Position numbers and translations under genes: made by a program | Sequence record: MF402939 | From: Escherichia phage OSYSP | DNA: 64,000 nt | Direction: 5' to 3' (one strand) | The notes under the pieces: generated by a model | Databases searched by the model: none | What the model was told of the DNA's origin: nothing | The model's input: only the letters and a program-made list of their open reading frames with translations | Shown here: positions 59,350-64,000 of the stretch, piece by piece | Layout of the letters: each line of letters starts with the position of its first letter | Position numbering within the stretch: position 1 is the first letter of the stretch

Positions 59350-59634
59350 TTAAGTATTCTGCATTTCAGCTTTAAATTTTTTCATATTACGAGTTTTTCT
59401 ATAAAAGAAAAACACAGATGTTGGGCCTAGAAGAATATCCACAATAAATATCACAGATCTAGCACATCTGAGTAATGTTTTATCATCAAGAGGTGGCAGA
59501 TCTAACGGTCGAGTTTTATGTATAACGTATAATATTACATCTTTATTCTTAGAAATATAAAGATCATCAACCAAGCTGTAAATAGCAACCACAGATCCAA
59601 TGACAAACCAAAGAGCAAATGGAGAGATAATCAT
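59350..59634 (-). CDS. Small membrane protein (94 aa)
   Basis: N-terminal TM helix. Confidence 0.45.
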   Translation of the reverse strand: MIISPFALWFVIGSVVAIYSLVDDLYISKNKDVILYVIHKTRPLDLPPLDDKTLLRCARSVIFIVDILLGPTSVFFFYRKTRNMKKFKAEMQNT

Positions 59635-59927
59635 TTCAGATCCTTTTCATTAATTAGAATATTAGTAAACAGTGGAGTAACTCCTAGACTCATAGTAGGT
59701 CCAAACGTATTCATGGCTACCCATAGCTGCATAGTGATCATCCCATCTTTAATCTCTGGATCTTTATATTCTTCGATACGTTTCTTGGCAAAAGCAACTA
59801 TATCTGGATTATTTTTATTTTCCTGAATATAGTCATGCCAAAACTGAGTATTCTCACTACGTAGGAATGTTAAAACATCCTTAGTTGCTGGAATCTGCAC
59901 TGTGCTGTTGATGTTTAGTCTTTTCAC
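59631..59927 (-). CDS. Hypothetical early protein (98 aa)
   Basis: ATGA overlap with the downstream gene. Confidence 0.45.
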   Translation of the reverse strand: MKRLNINSTVQIPATKDVLTFLRSENTQFWHDYIQENKNNPDIVAFAKKRIEEYKDPEIKDGMITMQLWVAMNTFGPTMSLGVTPLFTNILINEKDLK

Positions 59928-60300
59928 GTTCTTCTCTCCGACGTTTGCGTTCTTTTATCATATGAGCTGCTACAACTTCATGGTAGTAGTCATTAATGTT
60001 ATCTTCTGGCAAGAAATGCTTAATAGTCTCTAGCTGACAAATAACTCGATGAAGATGGTTATTTGGTAGACACAATTTTATACCTGCAACAAATCCAGAG
60101 AAGCCTGGAACACTGAACATGGGTTGGGCTTCTACTCTACCTTCAGAGTTGATATTAAGCTCAATTGAGATACCCATTTTCACGCTATAAAGCTGGCAAT
60201 ATTCTCCGTTACCAGACCTTGACCAAACAGTGAAGTCCTCATCAATTTGATCTTGAATTTCTGTAATAGCAAATTTAATTCTAGGATCTAAATTATTCAT
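59881..60300 (-). CDS. Hypothetical early protein (about 139 aa)
   Basis: Start placed at MNNLDPR to remove overlap; basic C-terminus. Confidence 0.45.
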   Translation of the reverse strand: MNNLDPRIKFAITEIQDQIDEDFTVWSRSGNGEYCQLYSVKMGISIELNINSEGRVEAQPMFSVPGFSGFVAGIKLCLPNNHLHRVICQLETIKHFLPEDNINDYYHEVVAAHMIKERKRRREEREKTKHQQHSADSSN

Positions 60301-60592
60301 CTTCACCTTCAAAGTCGCAATCATAACGACAAGTAAAAGAATCAGAACTATTAGTACGTTGAGTGGTTATTTCACCGCGTTTGCTAATAGTAACGGCTGG
60401 AGTAGAGAAGTTTTTATTAGTATATATTTCTACTTTACCATTACGTTCCTTAACATCACGCACTTTACCATATTCAGTAATGATGCCGTTCTGTTGTACC
60501 CTAACATTCCCATTTTTCATAGAAACTTTGGTAGATGCCAGAGAACCGAAACTAACTGCGGAGATCATCAGTGCAATAATAAACTTATTCAT
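60293..60592 (-). CDS. Secreted small protein with C-terminal Cys pair and acidic tail
   Basis: Start at MNKFIIALMISAVSFGSLA (signal peptide); ends CRYDCDFEGEDE. Confidence 0.45.
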   Translation of the reverse strand: MNKFIIALMISAVSFGSLASTKVSMKNGNVRVQQNGIITEYGKVRDVKERNGKVEIYTNKNFSTPAVTISKRGEITTQRTNSSDSFTCRYDCDFEGEDE

Positions 60593-60866
60593 CTTCGTCC
60601 TCCCCACTACAATCACGACATACATCATAATCGTTGAGAGAACGTTCGTGAGCTTCACACCACCAAGAACAAGAATCGCAGAGGAACATTTCGGTTTTCT
60701 CCAGTGCTTGACCTAAAAGATCATCAGATTCCTCAGCAGTAATCTTCAATCCGCACACATCTGCCACACGTTCTTTAATTAAACGACCTGCTTCGTGGTA
60801 AGACATACAGGTTCCCGTAACATCATGTTCAAGAACATGAACAGCACAGTCTAGACGAGTTTTCAT
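60585..60866 (-). CDS. Cys-rich small protein with acidic tail
   Basis: CDSCSWWC ... CRDCSGEDEDE. Confidence 0.45.
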   Translation of the reverse strand: MKTRLDCAVHVLEHDVTGTCMSYHEAGRLIKERVADVCGLKITAEESDDLLGQALEKTEMFLCDSCSWWCEAHERSLNDYDVCRDCSGEDEDE

Positions 60867-60942
60867 TTCAAACCTCTCTCATCAATTTATAGATATATTA
60901 TAGCAAGAAAAGAGAGGTTTAGCAAATGAATTATTTCAGAAT

Positions 60943-61290
60943 TTAGTCATAGCACCACCATAATCCACGCTTACGCATGTCATGATCGCGATTATAGTCG
61001 TAATTTTCTGGATCTTTCATCACGCGGTGGAGTTCTTGACGATTCCCTTGACGAACCATTTTATTAGAATGCCACTTAACATTCTTACTAATAGAATTCC
61101 AGTTATAACCATCCTTTTTCTCATTACGAATGGTTGCTTCCTTCATTTCTTTTTTGATGTCGTCCCAAGATTTGGCATAAATAACACGAATCCAGTAGCC
61201 ATTTTCTTTGATGAAAGAATATTCTTGAGAGAATTGTTCTTTAGACTTCCACCACTGATCACCAGATTGTTTACGATAAGTACGGCTCAT
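60943..61290 (-). CDS. Hypothetical early protein (115 aa)
   Basis: Trp/Lys-rich ORF. Confidence 0.45.
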   Translation of the reverse strand: MSRTYRKQSGDQWWKSKEQFSQEYSFIKENGYWIRVIYAKSWDDIKKEMKEATIRNEKKDGYNWNSISKNVKWHSNKMVRQGNRQELHRVMKDPENYDYNRDHDMRKRGLWWCYD

Positions 61291-61367
61291 ATTACCTCCA
61301 TTAAGTCTTTTGAATTAACCTAATGTGGGTGAATTTTATTATACATAAATTATTTACCTGTATATAG

Positions 61368-61404
61368 AAAAACCCCAGACTACTTATTCAATAGCTGGGG
61401 TTTG
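61368..61404. terminator. Bidirectional rho-independent terminator
   Basis: AAAAACCCCAG-loop-CTGGGGTTTGTT. Confidence 0.6.
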
Positions 61405-61411
61405 TTATTAA

Positions 61412-61726
61412 TCACAGATCGGGGCGTTCATCTTCGAAACAGCCTGAGCTAATTCCTTCTCCGAATCCTACAAAGCCATCAAATTCATCATTTGAAATAT
61501 CCGTAATCATTGCTTCCATTTTCCTAATTTCCGAGGTTTTCATACCTGCTTTACTATTCTTAAAGTGTTTGCGAGGGTTCCCACACATCCAACAAGAACA
61601 GATGCAAGGAGTAGTAGTGATAATACCTAACCGTTTAGGGCTTTCTTCATGTGGGAAGACTGTCCAATACTTCTTGCGGTTGTTCTTCACACGTTGCCGA
61701 TGGTGACGTCTTAATGCTCGATCCAC
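61412..61726 (-). CDS. Cys-rich hypothetical protein (104 aa)
   Basis: PCICSCWMCGNPRKH motif; basic N-terminus. Confidence 0.45.
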   Translation of the reverse strand: MDRALRRHHRQRVKNNRKKYWTVFPHEESPKRLGIITTTPCICSCWMCGNPRKHFKNSKAGMKTSEIRKMEAMITDISNDEFDGFVGFGEGISSGCFEDERPDL

Positions 61727-61807
61727 ACATTTCTCCTAAAACTTGAGAGATAAATGGAGTTTGCTCGACTACCTTACGTAGTTCGTAGAAACCGTACCCA
61801 AACCCCA

Positions 61808-62176
61808 TTACATCGCCTGAGTAAATGTACGACTAATAACATCGTTCTGCTGTTCACGCGTCAGTGCGTTAAAACGTACAGCATACCCTGAAACACGGAT
61901 AGTTAATTGAGGGTATTTTTCAGGATGTTTCTGTGCATCCAAAAGCTGATCACGACTTAACACATTGACATTTAGGTGTTGACCCCCTTCAATTTGAGGG
62001 GCGACTTCCATCTTGACTTCACGGAAGGATTCGGGGTCAAAATGGGGTGTGATACCTTCTAGATCCTCAACCAGAACTTTCTGTTTAAGTTCGCCATTTT
62101 TAGAGTACAGTTGAATAATCTGATTATCATGAACAAGATTAATTACGCCAGACTTAAGATTTTGATATGCTTTCAT
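61808..62176 (-). CDS. Autonomous glycyl radical cofactor (GrcA/YfiD-like)
   Basis: C-terminal [11 protein letters not shown]...[24 protein letters not shown] closely matches the glycyl-radical motif region of E. coli GrcA (RVSGYAVRF). Confidence 0.8.
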   Translation of the reverse strand: MKAYQNLKSGVINLVHDNQIIQLYSKNGELKQKVLVEDLEGITPHFDPESFREVKMEVAPQIEGGQHLNVNVLSRDQLLDAQKHPEKYPQLTIRVSGYAVRFNALTREQQNDVISRTFTQAM

Positions 62177-62225
62177 TAGCTCTCCCCGATGTTAGAAATT
62201 GGCTCAGCTCTTTATTCTTTATAGT

Positions 62226-62420
62226 TTATAGTTTACCACGATATACAGAAACTGTCTTACCAGTTTGGTTCATAACGTATGCTACTTCATCTTCTTTTAA
62301 GAAGATTGCTTGATCTATTCCAGAAATAGCTATGCTTTTATTTCTGGGATTAAACCCTACGCTTTTACCAACATGAATCTGCTCACCACCATCAGTGGAT
62401 ATTATTTTAACGGTTAACAT
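62226..62420 (-). CDS. Hypothetical small protein (64 aa)
   Basis: ORF in early array. Confidence 0.4.
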   Translation of the reverse strand: MLTVKIISTDGGEQIHVGKSVGFNPRNKSIAISGIDQAIFLKEDEVAYVMNQTGKTVSVYRGKL

Positions 62421-62457
62421 AATTGCTCCTATATTTAGCTATCTCTAGCTCTTTTAA

Positions 62458-62534
62458 TGGTAGTTAGTAGTGGATTTGAACCACTGTAGTCGCTCCGTAT
62501 GAAGGAGGTGCATAACCACTCTGCCAACTAACTA
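62458..62534 (-). tRNA. tRNA, anticodon CAU (Met or Ile2)
   Basis: 7-bp acceptor stem TAGTTAG/CTAACTA, T-loop GGTTCAAATCC, anticodon loop TTCATAC, encoded CCA. Confidence 0.75.
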
Positions 62535-62629
62535 TTATGTTTTACTAAGCTAAGTAAGTATTCTTTATACTCTTTAGACCAATTAGCTTTTTTAAACTTT
62601 CCTGGACGCATAGTCTTAATTCCTAGATT

Positions 62630-62707
62630 TGGTACTCCGGGAGGGATTTAAACCCCCGATCTCTCGGTTATCAGCCGAGTGCTTTAGATCGCTAAGCTAC
62701 CGAAGCA
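62630..62707 (-). tRNA. tRNA-Ile (anticodon GAU)
   Basis: Anticodon stem-loop CTCGG-CTGATAA-CCGAG, T-loop GGGTTTAAATCCC, 3' CCA. Confidence 0.7.
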
Positions 62708-62914
62708 TTAACATTTTACAGCAGAACGTTTGCCATTTCTAGGTGCACCTGGAAGTCGTGCACGTTCTGCCATTCTTCGCTTAATCTTTGAAATATTTTC
62801 TAGTGTTTGTTCTTCAGGCTTAATACCTGAAACACTACACCACTGATTACCATCCCATGCGGTAATGATCATAACACCATTACTCATGATCTTTTCTGTG
62901 AAAGTAATCCTCAT
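62708..62914 (-). CDS. Hypothetical small protein between tRNA genes
   Basis: Start moved to MRITFTE to abut the upstream stop; the track ORF extends to 62935. Confidence 0.35.
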   Translation of the reverse strand: MRITFTEKIMSNGVMIITAWDGNQWCSVSGIKPEEQTLENISKIKRRMAERARLPGAPRNGKRSAVKC

Positions 62915-63207
62915 TATAGCAACTCGTCTAAGCAAGAGGTATATTTAAGTTTACCATCTTTATCTACTTTAATTTCAACTTCCGCTCGTGGTACTTGACG
63001 AACTACACCATGAATCATCTTATAGTTAATAGACTTAGACGGTTCATAATCTTTTGGGAAGACTTGCTTAACCGTTACTACCTTGTACCCATCACGCGGT
63101 GTTAACACAACAACTTGATCACCTTCTTTGATTTTCCAAGAGTTAGGAAATTCATAGGTATAGCGTTGACCACCCGTTTGGAATATAACAGAAAGATAAC
63201 GTTTCAT
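62914..63207 (-). CDS. Hypothetical small protein between tRNA genes (97 aa)
   Basis: ORF in tRNA cluster. Confidence 0.4.
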   Translation of the reverse strand: MKRYLSVIFQTGGQRYTYEFPNSWKIKEGDQVVVLTPRDGYKVVTVKQVFPKDYEPSKSINYKMIHGVVRQVPRAEVEIKVDKDGKLKYTSCLDELL

Positions 63208-63280
63208 TTGGTTTCCCTCTCATTAATTTATATAAATATTATAGCAATAAATAAGAGAGAAAGCAAATGAATTTTTAAAT

Positions 63281-63355
63281 TTGGTGCTCCCACCAGGAAT
63301 CGAACCCGGTTCAGATGCTTACAAGGCAACTGCATCGCCAGCAATGCTTTAGGAG
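63281..63355 (-). tRNA. tRNA, probably Thr (anticodon UGU, tentative)
   Basis: Acceptor stem GCTCCTA/TGGGAGC, T-arm CCGGG-TTCGATT-CCTGG, anticodon loop CTTGTAA, 3' CCA. Confidence 0.65.
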
Positions 63356-63523
63356 CGATAATCCCGTTATTTCAACGGGATTTCTTTTTCAAATACAGGG
63401 GATTTATCTGACATTACTGTCATTGCCAACTGCTGAAGAAACTCGAAAGTAAAGGCAACACGTTCTTCACCAATCTCTACTTCTACACGTTTCTTTTGTT
63501 TATCAATCTTTACTTTTAGGTTG

Positions 63524-63775
63524 TCAGCCATTAGAGGGTACAGTACTGGTAGTTGGCAATACTACAGATGGAGCAACAGTGTTTAAATGCTTTCTCCAGT
63601 CTAGGTTAAATTGTTTTCGAAACTCTTCATAAGGTTCTTCTGGATAAAAGCTAAAACCTCCTTTCTCATCATTCAAGATAACAGAGCCGTCAGTTTGTTC
63701 ATATGCTCGATATGTTTCTCCAATAATGATAACTCGCTTATCAGTACTTTTATTACGAAACTCAAAAACGTGCAT
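63524..63775 (-). CDS. Hypothetical small protein between tRNA genes (83 aa)
   Basis: ORF in tRNA cluster. Confidence 0.4.
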   Translation of the reverse strand: MHVFEFRNKSTDKRVIIIGETYRAYEQTDGSVILNDEKGGFSFYPEEPYEEFRKQFNLDWRKHLNTVAPSVVLPTTSTVPSNG

Positions 63776-63791
63776 AGTGTTTCCTTAAAGT

Positions 63792-63867
63792 TGGAGCGGC
63801 TAGAGGGAATCGAACCCTACTCAGCGAGGCTTGGAAGGCCTGCGACACAACCCGTGTGCTTAACCGC
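63792..63867 (-). tRNA. tRNA, probably Gly (anticodon UCC, tentative)
   Basis: Acceptor stem GCGGTTA/TAGCCGC, T-loop GGTTCGATTCC, anticodon loop CTTCCAA. Confidence 0.6.
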
Positions 63868-63874
63868 GATTATT

Positions 63875-63950
63875 TGGCTGGAGAAGGAGGAATCGAACCT
63901 ACCATTAACGGAGTCAAAGGCCGTTGTGCTAACCATTACACTACTCTCCA
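63875..63950 (-). tRNA. tRNA, probably Gln (anticodon UUG, tentative)
   Basis: Acceptor stem TGGAGAG/TTCTCCA, T-loop GGTTCGATTCC, anticodon loop CTTTGAC, 3' CCA. Confidence 0.6.
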
Positions 63951-63956
63951 AGTATT

Positions 63957-64000
63957 TGGCTGGGATGCCACGGATCGAACGTGGGACCTTCGGAGTCAGA
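63957..64000 (-). tRNA. tRNA, 3' portion only (truncated by window end)
   Basis: TGG (CCA complement) followed by acceptor and T-arm complement CGGATCGAACGTGGGACC. Confidence 0.5.

Noticed and set aside
1-64000. Lysogeny or integration functions (integrase, repressor, attachment site)
   Set aside because: No tyrosine or serine recombinase motifs or repressor/Cro pair found; gene content and order fit a strictly lytic T5-like phage.

Overview
This window reads as a contiguous piece of a T5-like (Tequintavirus-type) lytic siphovirus genome. All calls rest on motifs visible in the translations, gene order, and T5 gene order and protein lengths recalled from memory; no database search was run. 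Left to right: (1) the end of the replication module on the + strand (helicase C-terminus, SbcD/SbcC-like pair, PD-(D/E)XK nuclease, flap endonuclease, dUTPase); (2) the complete late structural module on the - strand (L-shaped tail fibre, baseplate, tape measure, tail tube, capsid, protease, decoration, portal, terminase) ending in the divergent receptor-binding protein / Llp lipoprotein pair; (3) an ~11 kb pre-early, terminal-repeat-like region (about 33.0-44.8 kb) with dmp-, A1- and A2-like genes on the - strand, a rightward operon of nine small genes, DnaA boxes and a dense repeat field; (4) the start of the early region on the - strand (holin/endolysin, dNMP kinase, phosphatases, ClpP-like protease, GrcA-like protein, tRNA cluster). 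The most interesting part is the pre-early region: the unannotatable rightward operon alternating soluble and tiny membrane proteins, a small acidic protein, and three separate repeat families (Fur-box-like palindromes, a 15-bp dyad motif in 9 copies, clustered consensus DnaA boxes). No integrase, CRISPR array or classical defence system was recognised.
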